The notes under the pieces: model-generated
The model's input: only the letters and a program-made list of their open reading frames with translations
The model's database searches: none
What the model was told of the DNA's origin: nothing
NCBI GenBank assembly: GCA_963422645.2
Contig: CAXXVO010000006.1
Location: 128,001-192,000 of the forward strand
Direction of reading: 5' to 3'
Length of the DNA: 64,000 nt
Origin: Alphaproteobacteria bacterium
GTDB taxonomy: Bacteria > Pseudomonadota > Alphaproteobacteria > UBA828
Shown: piece by piece, positions 39,718-49,654 of the stretch
How the letters are laid out: every line of letters starts with the position of its first letter
Position numbering within the stretch: position 1 is the stretch's first letter
Made by a program: the position numbers and the translations under genes

Positions 39718-40746
39718 GGCTCAATTCGCATAACGTATGCGCGGTCTGGCCATCGCCGCCTCGAGGCACGCTCTGGGCGATGGTTGATCGCCGAGTTCGA
39801 TGAGATGGAACCACCTCAGATAGCTGTCGAGGTACTTGGTGGCGATGCCGCGCCGCCTGCGCAGAAAGCCCTTAATCTGGCTGTGGCGGCTATTGACCGT
39901 CTGGATGTGCAGCGCGCCCCGGACCCGTTCGCCAGCAGAAGCGTTGATGCTCTCGTGAGGTATGTCGAGCGCCGCCGCGACGGGCGGATAGCAGCGCTTG
40001 GCGTCGGAGACGAGCAGCGCATCCGCTGCGACGACCGGCTCCAGCACCTCCTTCACGTTGTCTGCGTTCAGCGCAGGCAGGCTATGGCTGAGGGTCTCGC
40101 CCGCACGGTCGGCGGCGACCAGGATCGGCACCTGCTCGCGCGAGAGGCCGCGTTTGCGGGCCTTGCCGCCGCGACGGCGCGGCTTGCGATCCAGCTTCCG
40201 CTCCCCCTTGCGGCTCTCGAGAACGAAGGTCTCGTCGGCCTCGACAATCCCGGCAAGCCGGTCCGGCGCTTGCCGAACCGCCGCCAGGAAGCGGTGGCGC
40301 CAGCGATGCGCCGTGCTCGGCGCAATCCCGCAGCGCTCGGCGGACTCCTTGATCGTCTCGCCCTCGGCAAGCGAGGCGCCGAAGGCCAGCCAGCGCTCCT
40401 TGTGGTGCAGCCCTGACAGCGCCGTGCCCGTGAGTGCACCGAAGGTCTTCCCGCAGTCCTTGCACCGGAAGCGGCGAAGACCTCGCGCCTTGCCCCGCGA
40501 CACCGCCCCGCCTGCGCCGCAATGCGGACAGCGCCGCTCGTCATCCACGCCCAGCTCGATCGCCGCCAGCGAGGCCGCGCCCTCCGGAGGCTCCGACAGC
40601 ACCGCCCCGACCTCCTTGCGCTGCGCCGCCGTCAACTCATCGACATGCGAGAACCAGTCCCGAAACCGCTCGTGATCCATCTGCCTGACCTCCAAGGCGA
40701 ACCGGGCGAGATTCTATCACCATGCCTACGGTTTACGAATTGAGCC
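39718..40746 (-). mobile_element. IS1595-family element, 1029 bp
   Basis: IRs GGCTCAATTCG...; 8-bp target duplication ATTCTTTT at 39710-39717 and 40747-40754. Confidence 0.93.
39721..40695 (-). CDS. IS1595 transposase
   Basis: CPHC..CKDC zinc ribbon, GIVEADETF, HIQTVNSRHS, GIATKYLDSYL. Confidence 0.93.
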   Translation of the reverse strand: MEVRQMDHERFRDWFSHVDELTAAQRKEVGAVLSEPPEGAASLAAIELGVDDERRCPHCGAGGAVSRGKARGLRRFRCKDCGKTFGALTGTALSGLHHKERWLAFGASLAEGETIKESAERCGIAPSTAHRWRHRFLAAVRQAPDRLAGIVEADETFVLESRKGERKLDRKPRRRGGKARKRGLSREQVPILVAADRAGETLSHSLPALNADNVKEVLEPVVAADALLVSDAKRCYPPVAAALDIPHESINASAGERVRGALHIQTVNSRHSQIKGFLRRRRGIATKYLDSYLRWFHLIELGDQPSPRACLEAAMARPRIRYAN

Positions 40747-40755
40747 ATTCTTTTT

Positions 40756-40849
40756 CGTCATGCCCGGACTCGTTCCGGGCATCTCTTTCCGCAAGACCCG
40801 CCGGACGCCGGGAGCCACGTGGATGGCCGCAACAAGTGCGGCCATGACG
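40756..40849. repeat. REP-like inverted hairpin pair
   Basis: CGTCATGCCCGGACTCGTTCCGGGCATC ... GATGGCCGCAACAAGTGCGGCCATGACG. Confidence 0.75.
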
Positions 40850-40934
40850 TAATGTATTAGTGCATAATTGGACACGAACTTCGGTAACAGGACAGCAGAC
40901 CACACGCTAACATCCAGAATCAGGAGTCCCAGCC

Positions 40935-41867
40935 ATGCGCGTCGGATTCATCGGCCTCGGCACCATGGGCGCCCCTGCCGCCCGCAACATCATGCGCCGG
41001 GGTTTCCCGCTGGTCGTCCACGACATCCGCGCAGACGCCGCCCGGCCCCTGATCGAGGCGGGCGCTGAATGGGCCGCCTCACCCGCCGACGTGCTCGCCC
41101 GTGTGGACGCGGTGGTGACCATGGTCTTCGGGCCGAAGGAGGTGGAGCAAGTCGCGCGCGGCGCCAAGGGCCTCTTCTCCGCCCCCTGCGCGGGCAAGAC
41201 CTGGATCGACCTCACCACCAGCAGCCCCTCGCTCATGCGCGCGCTCGGCCGGGAGTTCGCGGCGCAAGGCGGCCACCCCGTCGACGCCCCCGTGACCGGC
41301 GCGGTCGACGGCGCGATCCGGGGCGACATGCTCATGTTCGTCGGCGGGGACGACGCGGCGGTCGAGCGCGTGCGCCCGGTGATCGAGGCCATGGGCGAAA
41401 TCCGCCGGGTGGGCCCGCACGGCAACGCCTACGTCGCGAAGCTCGTCAACAACATGCTCTGGATGGTCCACGCCGCGGCGATCGCCGAAGCCATGGTCGC
41501 CGCCAAGGTCGCAGGCCTGGAGCCGGAAGTCTGGTGGGAGGCGATGAAGGGTGGGGCTGCGGACAGCTACGTCATGCACCACGACGTGCCCGCGGTCTTC
41601 GCCGGCCACTACGACCCCTCCTTCCCCATCGCGCTCTGCCTCAAGGACCTGGACCTGATCGCCGATCTCATGCGCGAGACCGGCGTCCGCAACGACCTCA
41701 TCGAGGCCGCGCACGCCCGCTTCCGCGAGGCCGGCGCGCGCTACGGCTCAGGCGCCGGCGACATGAGCGTGTGCAGGCTGCTGGAGGACGACGCCGGCGT
41801 CGCGCTCCGCGTCCCCGGCGACTGGGTCGCGTCCTGGGAAGTCCCCCACCCCGAGGACGAGAGTTGA
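40935..41867 (+). CDS. NAD(P)-dependent oxidoreductase, 3-hydroxyisobutyrate dehydrogenase family
   Basis: GFIGLGTMG, DAPVTG, KLVNN, KDL. Confidence 0.9.
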   Translation: MRVGFIGLGTMGAPAARNIMRRGFPLVVHDIRADAARPLIEAGAEWAASPADVLARVDAVVTMVFGPKEVEQVARGAKGLFSAPCAGKTWIDLTTSSPSLMRALGREFAAQGGHPVDAPVTGAVDGAIRGDMLMFVGGDDAAVERVRPVIEAMGEIRRVGPHGNAYVAKLVNNMLWMVHAAAIAEAMVAAKVAGLEPEVWWEAMKGGAADSYVMHHDVPAVFAGHYDPSFPIALCLKDLDLIADLMRETGVRNDLIEAAHARFREAGARYGSGAGDMSVCRLLEDDAGVALRVPGDWVASWEVPHPEDES

Positions 41868-41949
41868 GACAAGGCCCGTCGCGCCGGTAGGCGCGCGAGA
41901 TCGCAGGACGGCCCTCCGCCCGACACTCCCGCGCCCTCTGCCTGAACGC

Positions 41950-42097
41950 CAGAGCGCGTCCGCCCTTGACGGACGCGCGACAGGCCGCGACCGCGGCCCG
42001 CCGCTAATGCGGCGCCCTCGCGGAGGCGCCGGCTGCAAGCCGGCTGCCGTGAGCGACAAAGAATCAGCGCGTTTCCGTTCGAAACGGAAACACTCTA
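41950..42097. repeat. Palindromic intergenic repeat, copy 3
   Basis: Homologous to copies 1 and 2; GAATC at 42061. Confidence 0.85.
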
Positions 42098-42203
42098 GTG
42101 ATCGCGGTTGACGCGCTGAGCCTCTACCAGATATTGTAGGTTGTCGGCTGCACACGCCGCCGTGTACGCCCGGCATCGGAACCTCGAAAGGGTGTTGCGC
42201 GCC

Positions 42204-42398
42204 ATGGACATAACCGAACCACCGAACCCTCGTGCGCCCCTCAGACTCGTGGACGCCGAAGACCCCGCCCCCCTCGACGCACAATCCGATTCGAACGCAC
42301 CCGAGAAAATCGCCCGCGAGCAAACCAATATCCGTGAGATCGACGAGTCCCAGAAAGCCGTAACCGAGCGAATCCGCGACCAATACTGGACATGGTGA
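42204..42398 (+). CDS. Small hypothetical protein
   Basis: 64-aa ORF (MDITEPPNP...RDQYWTW) in a lower-GC patch; no motif recognised. Confidence 0.3.
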   Translation: MDITEPPNPRAPLRLVDAEDPAPLDAQSDSNAPEKIAREQTNIREIDESQKAVTERIRDQYWTW

Positions 42399-42505
42399 CC
42401 GCCCCGACTATCGGTCGAACTGCATGGCCCCCTTTCCCTACCACCATTGATCCCCACGCCTTCTGTTGCTCTTGGACAGCCGCTTTCGGCGAAGGAACCC
42501 TGTGC

Positions 42506-42621
42506 GGCGCCGGCGACATGACCGTGTGCAAATTCCTGGAGGACGACGCCGCCGACGCGCTCCGCGTGGCTCGCGACTAGGTCGTCTCCTGGAAGGCCCC
42601 ACAGCCCGACGTCGAGACTTG
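42506..42621 (+). pseudogene. Degenerate duplicate of the 3' end of the 40935-41867 gene
   Basis: GAGDMTVCKFLEDDAADALRVARD* versus GAGDMSVCRLLEDDAGVALRVPGDW. Confidence 0.8.
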
Positions 42622-42670
42622 TCTGTGAGCCCCACCGCGCGACGTCTTAAGAACGGCACCGGTTTTGTAA

Positions 42671-45188
42671 CCTCAGACTTCCTGACCTCTGCTGATTTTA
42701 GGTGACACGAGCCGCGCGGATTCCGAGGCCCCGTCGATGTCGTAGACTATGCGCAGACGGGTGCCGGGGAAGACCGTTTCGGTGGCGTTCAGGTCGCTCA
42801 GAACCGCATCGATCCAACGGTCGCAGGCGTCGTTTGCGAGGCCAAGAATGTGGACCCGCAGGAGGCCATTGCCAGGATCCGGCAGGATGTCGGCATCGGC
42901 GGTGAGCAGCGCTTGAAGCAGTTTCCGGGGATGGGGCTTGTGGCCCTGCGCCTGCATGACGGGAAGCATCATGCGGGTTTCGGCGCGGTAGGCGATCATC
43001 CGGATGACGTCGAGGAGGAGGCGCTCGCGCGCGGGCAAGGCATCGAGCTGCTCGGCTTCGTCGAGGTCGCCGGCCCGGCAGTGCTTGGGCGTCTCCCTGC
43101 GGCTGGCCCTGACGATGTCGCGGACATCCTGGAGGTCCCTGACTTCCCTCCTGAGTTCCGCCGTCGGCTGCTTCTTCCGGGCCGTGTCGGCGATGCGGTT
43201 GCGCAGGCGGCCAAGCTGGCGGTCGAGGCGATGGATTGCCTTGTCATAGGCCCGCCGCAGCGGGTTGACGACCATGGCGGCGGGATCGAGAGGCTCGAGC
43301 TCGTGGGTCGGCAGGGCGTCGAGATTGAACTCGTCACGCATGTACTTGAAGAAGTTCTCCTGCGACCAGCGCGAGAACATGGCGCCCGCAACCTCAGCCA
43401 TCGGCTTGTGCGGATCGGTGGTGATCAGCGGCACCTGACGGCCGTTGTCGAGCAGGCGGCGGATCTGGCGCACCCTGAAGCCGTTCGGCAACGTCACCGG
43501 CTTCTCAGCCAGCCGCATGGTGGCGCTGCCGTCCGCCGCCGGTCCGTGAATGGGAACGGTCATCGCGCCGAAGTCCTCGGCCGGCCAGTCCTCGCCCCTG
43601 AAGTTCTTGTGCCAGGTCAGGCAGGCGACGCCGCGCCTCGCCAGCCGGCGGAACAGATCCGGGCTCCAGCCCTCGCGGTCGAAGACCAGGGTGAGCGCCG
43701 GCTGGCCGGGATGCTCGGCGGTCAGGTCCGGCGCCCCGGCGCCAACGATCCCAAGCTCCTGCAGCGCCGGCACCACGTCGGCTTCGATGGCCGCGACCAT
43801 CTTCGGGTCCAGCGGCTTGTGCAGACAGAGCAGCGGCTTGCCGCCCAGAGCGTTGATCCAGTAGCTGGCGCTCGCCGGCAGGCACAGCTTCTCGCGCGAG
43901 ACGAAGTGCTTGGGCAAGCGCCCCTTGCGGCCGGAGTAGACCTTGACGTGCCCGTCGATGGCCAGCGTCGCCCAGAGCTCCGGCTCGTCGGCCTTGCCAG
44001 CGCCTGGCAAGGGCGAGCTGCCACGCCCGCACGCCGGCCTCGTCGTCGGCGATGAGAGCGATCTTGCGGCGCAGCGTCTTGACCTCGGGGCAGCGATCGA
44101 GGCCGAGAATGGCGCCCCATTCGCCCGGCGCCTGGTAGCGCAGGCTCTCGGGGTTGCGCACCCGCGCCAAGGTCATGAAGGCCAGGAAGAGCAGGATCGT
44201 AGGCAAGCCGTAATAGCCCTTCGGCAGCAATGGCAGGAGACCGGTCTCGGAGAGAAGACCTTCCTTCAGCAGGGCCGGCAGGGCGGCGAGCACGCCGCCG
44301 AAGCGGACACCGCGGGCGGCGGCGGCGAACTGCGGTTCGACCGGCCCCGCCTGTCCACAACTGGCCAGAACCCGAGCCGGAACATCGCAAGTCGCACGCC
44401 CCATCGGCGCCTGCCGGTCCCGCCGATCGCGCGCGCTGCGATCCGTTTGCGGCTGCGCTTCCAGCCCCGGCGCCGTCTCCGGCCCCGGGGCACCGGTACT
44501 CTCTTCATCGACACGGCCTTCAGGAGCCGCACCCGCGTCAGGCGGCGCAGCCAGCGCTGAGCGTCCGGGCTCCCCATCCGCCTCCGTGTTGCCGATCAGT
44601 CCCTGACGGCGCCACTTGTTGACCGATGGCGCTGACACGCCGAGAACCCGGGCCGCCGCAGAGCCGCTCAGGCCCGATGCCAGCAACGCCGTCGCCTTCT
44701 CCGCCAACTCCGGAGTGAACACCGACGGCCCGCGACCGCGCCGGGGCTTCATGAACCCCGCTTCGCCCTCGGCCAGGTAGCGCCGTCGTGCGCGCTGCAC
44801 CGTCGCGCGCGAGACAGCGAAAGCGTCAGCCAGTTCCTGCGGCGAGACCGCGCTGATCGCCGCGAGGCGGCCGATCCGCAAGAGCATGGCCGTGCGGTCA
44901 TCGGCGGCGTGGCTGTCAAAGGGAATGAGGTTGGAAAAGTAGGTGAAGGTGTCGTCCGAGATCAGGACGGCGAAGCAGCTGTTGCCGATCGAGACCGCCT
45001 CTGGAGGGCACATTGGGAGGGTACTGGGCATGGTTGAGACCGTGCAATTGGTATCAAATTATACTATCAGACCTCGGGCGCGACACCCAGCGAAAAACCG
45101 CCTGAAACAACCGAAATGTATCAGAATTCAAGGAGTTCCCGGCACGCTGCCCAGAACAGCCAGCATCACGAGGTCAGGAAGTCTGAGG
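42671..45188 (-). mobile_element. Unclassified DDE insertion sequence, 2518 bp
   Basis: Perfect 19-bp IRs CCTCAGACTTCCTGACCTC; no target duplication. Confidence 0.85.
42673..45031 (-). pseudogene. Large DDE transposase, frameshifted near 43992
   Basis: Two N-terminal HTHs, IDGHVKVY, VFDREGW, SRWSQENFFK (YREK-like); the stop codon lies inside the IR. Confidence 0.8.
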
Positions 45189-45872
45189 ATATCGCCGTTC
45201 CGGCGAGGCTTGTGGCGCTGATCGAGCGCCGATACGACGAGATCATCGCCGATGCGCTGGCCTTTCACGAGAGCCAACCACCGTTCTCGCCTGGCAAGAG
45301 GAAGAAGCGCCGGAAGCGAAGGATCGGTCACAATCTGGCCTTGAGGCTGCGCGACCACAAATGCGCGGTGCTCCGGTTCCTGATCGACCTCGAGGTCGGG
45401 TTCACGAACAACGAGGCCGAGCGCGACCTTCGGATGATGAAGCTGCGCCAGAAGATCTCCGGGGGCTTCCGGTCCGCGCAGGGGGCCGAGAACTTCGCCA
45501 TCCTGCGCAGCGTCATCACCACCGCCAGAAAGCAGGGCTGGAATATCATCGAAGCCCTGACCAGCCCATCGGATCGGCTCATCGCCACCGTCAAGTGCGC
45601 GTAAGCTCACCTGGCACGGGTTCTCCAACAGCGGAGCCATTCTCATAAACGATCATGGTCGACGCCGTGCTGGACCACCCCATAGAATGAAAATCGGTGC
45701 CCGTCGCGCGGGCGGACTTCGGGCCACATCGGGGTAGCTTACCGGTCGCAGTCCGCAAGAGGGGCATCGTGAGCTGTGAAACCCGGCGACCACAGAGGAG
45801 CACACGGGCGTCGCGTGGGTAGCGTTGTGCCGAATCCCAGAGAATTTTCACAGCAAGAACCTGGGCAGTTAC
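45189..45872 (+). mobile_element. IS66 copy 4, 3' fragment only
   Basis: Matches the copy 1 3' part from ATATCGCCG to the right IR. Confidence 0.93.
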
Positions 45873-45971
45873 GTCCCACCAGCCTCTCGCGGGGCGCGGG
45901 CGATTCCAATCCGGCGCCGATCGCTCTACCATTCCGGGTGCGGCGCCGGGGTGCGCGCCAGGGAGGATGCG

Positions 45972-46553
45972 ATGAAGACCATCGAGATCACACAGGACGA
46001 AATGCAGAGCCGGGTTTCGCGCTACAGCGCGCTGGAGCCGCTGCCGATCCAGCAGGACCCGGAGATTCCGCTGGAGGCCAACGACGTCATCTACGCGCGC
46101 AAGCTGCTCTCGGTCATCGGGCTCGACGGCGACGTGGAGACGCCGATCAACACCGGCGCGCCCATCGTGGATGCCGCCGGCATGACCATGACGCTCGCCG
46201 TCTGCCCGCCGGGCCAGGGCCCCTCGCTCCACGCCCATCACCAGACCTACGAGACCTTCACCGTGCTCAAGGGCCGCTTCGAGGTGACCTGGAACGACGA
46301 CGGCAGCGGACGGGTGGAACTCGACCAGTTCGACACCATCTCGGTGCCGCCCAAGGTCAACCGCGCCTTCCGCAACATCGGCGAGGACGAGGGCATCCTG
46401 CAGGTGCTGATCTCGGGCGGCGTGCACGACATGACCGATATCGACATGGCGCCCTCCACCGCGGTCAAGCTCGACGCCATACAGCCAGGTGTGAAAGAGA
46501 AGTTCGCGGCCAGGGGCCTGACCTTCACCGCGCAGAAGGAGGAGGCGGCCTGA
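45972..46553 (+). CDS. Cupin-domain protein
   Basis: GPSLHAHHQTYETF...SVPPKVNRAFRN; GGAGG RBS. Confidence 0.85.
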   Translation: MKTIEITQDEMQSRVSRYSALEPLPIQQDPEIPLEANDVIYARKLLSVIGLDGDVETPINTGAPIVDAAGMTMTLAVCPPGQGPSLHAHHQTYETFTVLKGRFEVTWNDDGSGRVELDQFDTISVPPKVNRAFRNIGEDEGILQVLISGGVHDMTDIDMAPSTAVKLDAIQPGVKEKFAARGLTFTAQKEEAA

Positions 46554-46582
46554 GCGGCGCGCCCGGGCGGGAGGGCTGCGCC

Positions 46583-47584
46583 ATGGAGAGCGTGCGCATC
46601 GGCGTGATCGGGCTCGGCTGGTTCGGCGAGATCCATTGCGATGCGATCAAGGCGACCCCCGGCCTGGAGCTTGCGGGCCTTTGCACGCGGACCGAATCGC
46701 GGCTCGCCGACCTCGGCCGCAAGTACGGAGTGGGCGTGCTGGAAACCGACTACCGCGCGCTGCTGGAACGCGACGACCTCGACGCCGTCAGCGTCGTCAC
46801 CATGTGGGACCAGCACACCCGGCCCACGCTGGATGCGCTCGCGGCGGGCAAGCACGTCTTCCTCGAGAAGCCGATGGCGTCGACGGTGGAGGACTGTGCG
46901 AAGATCGTGGCGGCGGCGGAGGCAGCAACGGGCTACCTCATGGTGGGGCACATCTGCCGCTTCAACCCGCGCTATGCCACGGCCAAGCGCGAGATCGAGG
47001 CCGGCAACATCGGGTGCATCGTGGCGCTGAGCTCGCGGCGCAACATCCCGGCGGCGTGGACGCCCGAGATCCTCAACAAGATCGGTCCGATCATCGGCGA
47101 CGCCATCCACGACACCGACCTGATGCTCTGGTTCACCGGCGCTAAGGTGGTGAGCGCCTACGCCCAGACCGTGGACGTGCGCGGCCTCAAATACCCGGAT
47201 ATCGGCCAGACCATGTACCGCTTCGATTCAGGCGCGACGGCGACGCTGGAGACGGTCTGGTGCATGCCGGAGAAGACCCCCTTCGACATCGACGAGCGCA
47301 TGTCGATCATCGGTACCGAGGGCTTCATCCATATCCAGGACACCTTCCCCAACATCGGCATCTGCACCAAGGACGGCTTCCGCAGCCCGGACACCACTTA
47401 TTGGCCCGAGCTGCACGGCAAGCTCTCCGGCGCGCTGCGGGAGGAGTTCCTCTACTTCGCCCGCTGCGTGCGCGAGGGCACGCCGCCCACCATCATCACG
47501 CCTCAAGAGTCGATGGAGGCGGTGCGGACCACGCTCGCGGCCGAGCGCTCGGCAGAAACCGGCGAGGTGGTGCGGTTGGATTAG
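46583..47584 (+). CDS. Gfo/Idh/MocA oxidoreductase
   Basis: IGVIGLGWFG, GKHVFLEKPMA, IHDTD. Confidence 0.92.
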   Translation: MESVRIGVIGLGWFGEIHCDAIKATPGLELAGLCTRTESRLADLGRKYGVGVLETDYRALLERDDLDAVSVVTMWDQHTRPTLDALAAGKHVFLEKPMASTVEDCAKIVAAAEAATGYLMVGHICRFNPRYATAKREIEAGNIGCIVALSSRRNIPAAWTPEILNKIGPIIGDAIHDTDLMLWFTGAKVVSAYAQTVDVRGLKYPDIGQTMYRFDSGATATLETVWCMPEKTPFDIDERMSIIGTEGFIHIQDTFPNIGICTKDGFRSPDTTYWPELHGKLSGALREEFLYFARCVREGTPPTIITPQESMEAVRTTLAAERSAETGEVVRLD

Positions 47585-47633
47585 GCGGCGATCGGTATCG
47601 CTTTGCCCTGTTGTTCGGCACGTGGGTTGTGCG

Positions 47634-49355
47634 TCAGTCGGCGGCGGCTCCACCGCGAATGAGCTGGCCGGGGTGCGCGCCGGTGGGTTCGCCCTCCCTC
47701 AGCGTAACCGCGCCGTTGACGACCGTGGCGGCGATGCCGTCGGCTTTCTGCACCAGCCTGCGGGCGCCGCCGGGCAGGTCGTGCTGAACCGTCGGCAGGC
47801 GCGGCTTCACCGTCGCTTCGTCGAAGACGACGATGTCGGCCGCGAAGCCCGGGCGCAGCAGGCCCCGGTCGTGCATGTCCCAGGCGGATGCGTTGTTGAA
47901 GGTCAGCATCCTTACCGCTTCCTCCAACGTGAATGCCTGCTTGGCGCGCACCCAGTAGCTCAGCAAGTGCGTCTGGAGCGATGACCCCATCTCCTGGCAC
48001 ACGTGCGCGCCAGAGTCGGAAAAGGTGGCAAGCGAGCGGGGGTTCTCCAGCATCCGGCGAACCTCGTCCGGCGTCTCGTTCACCAGGGGCTGGAAGAAGA
48101 GCAGATCCTCGTCTTCCGCCATCAGGTCGAGCATGACCTCGACGGGGTTTCGGTCGGACCTTCGCGCGAGCTCCGCGATGCTCGGCTCATCCCATTGCAC
48201 GCCGAACATCGGAAAGAGGTTGGCGTAGTCGGGCTTGCGCGGATCCGTCGTGGCAGCGCCGCCGCCCTGGAACTCGTTGCTCCTGGGTTTCATCCCCGCT
48301 TCGGCCGCGACCAGGCTCGCGCGGGTATCCGGGTCGCGGAAGCGGGCCTGCTGCTCCTCCACCGGGAGGCCGCGGATGTCGCTCCAGACCGGCAAGGCGT
48401 CGAAGGGCAGGTAGGACTTTAACGAGAACATGGCGTTGATCGACCTGGTGGTGGCTTGCCCCAGCACCCGCCCCCCTTCGGCGGCGACCCGGTCCATCCA
48501 TTCGAACTGGTACTCGAGGGGATGGGGATTGTCGCCCTGGCGGCTCGAAAGGACCCCCAGCATCAGCGGCCGGCGGCTTGAGACCGCGATCTTCGCCAGC
48601 TCGTCCAGGCATGCGCCCTGTGCTTCGCCGCCGGAGACGTCGGGTCCGACCTGGAAGATGCCGGCGTTCAGCTCGGCCATCGCGTGCACCAGGTGCGCGA
48701 TTTCCGCCCAGTTGGCGATGCGGCTCGCCACCGGGCCGCCGTCCGGGCGGATATGGGTGGTGGCCCTGGACGAAGAGAGGCCCACGGCGCCGGCGCGAAG
48801 CGCCTCTTGCACCAGGTCCGTCATGAGCTTCAGATCGTCCTCGTCGGCCTCTCGGTCCAGGGCGCGCTCTCCCATCGCGTACATCCTGAGAGCCGAGTGC
48901 CCGATATAGGCGGCGTAGTTGATGGCCTTGGGGAACGATTCGACGGCCGCGAGATATTCCGGGAAGGTCTCCCAGCGCCAGTCGATTCCGGCCACCATGG
49001 CATCCTTGGGGATGTCCTCGACCGCCTCCAGGCATTCGGCGAACCACTCTCTTGCCTCTGGCTTGCAGGGCGCCAGCGCAAACCCGCAATTGCCCATCAC
49101 CACGCTGGTCACGCCGTGCCAGCAGGAGCATGTCCCCGCCGGGTCCCATGCCACCTGCGCGTCCATGTGGGTGTGACCGTCGATGAAGCCGGGTGCGACG
49201 ATCATGCCTTCGGCGTCGATCGTCTCGTTGGCAGGGCTACGGATCCGGCCGATTTCCGCGATCTGTCCCTGCTTGACCCCGACGTCCGCCCGGTAGCGGG
49301 GCGTACCGGAGCCGTCGACCAGGGTTCCGTTGCGGATCAGCAGGTCGAATGTCAT
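47634..49355 (-). CDS. N-acyl-D-amino-acid deacylase family amidohydrolase
   Basis: PGFIDGHTHMD, GVTSVVMGNCG, SDSGAH, ADIVVFD. Confidence 0.9.
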   Translation of the reverse strand: MTFDLLIRNGTLVDGSGTPRYRADVGVKQGQIAEIGRIRSPANETIDAEGMIVAPGFIDGHTHMDAQVAWDPAGTCSCWHGVTSVVMGNCGFALAPCKPEAREWFAECLEAVEDIPKDAMVAGIDWRWETFPEYLAAVESFPKAINYAAYIGHSALRMYAMGERALDREADEDDLKLMTDLVQEALRAGAVGLSSSRATTHIRPDGGPVASRIANWAEIAHLVHAMAELNAGIFQVGPDVSGGEAQGACLDELAKIAVSSRRPLMLGVLSSRQGDNPHPLEYQFEWMDRVAAEGGRVLGQATTRSINAMFSLKSYLPFDALPVWSDIRGLPVEEQQARFRDPDTRASLVAAEAGMKPRSNEFQGGGAATTDPRKPDYANLFPMFGVQWDEPSIAELARRSDRNPVEVMLDLMAEDEDLLFFQPLVNETPDEVRRMLENPRSLATFSDSGAHVCQEMGSSLQTHLLSYWVRAKQAFTLEEAVRMLTFNNASAWDMHDRGLLRPGFAADIVVFDEATVKPRLPTVQHDLPGGARRLVQKADGIAATVVNGAVTLREGEPTGAHPGQLIRGGAAAD

Positions 49356-49654
49356 CAGCCAATTTCCCGGACGGTGTTGGAGACAGGGGAACGCTATCAG
49401 CCGGGACCTTCACCGACAACACAGGCAGCGCCTGACTGACTTGATCCCGCCCCACGAGCAACGTTCCTCAGAAGCTGTTGTTCGGTGTGAAATTTGGACC
49501 CCGCAGCATCAAGCTACTTCAAGTGCTTATCGCGCCGATCGGCGCGCAACCCGTGCGCCGAACAACACCCCTGGGGCCGCGCAGCGCCGATTTCGCGCCC
49601 GGTTGGACGCGCCTTTCCGTCAATTGCAGCTGGTGTGAGGCGGGGGCGCTTGCC

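Noticed and set aside
29180-45872. IS66 copies 3 and 4 as halves of one simply split element
   Set aside because: They are in opposite orientation, overlap by 26 bp and have non-matching outer flanks.
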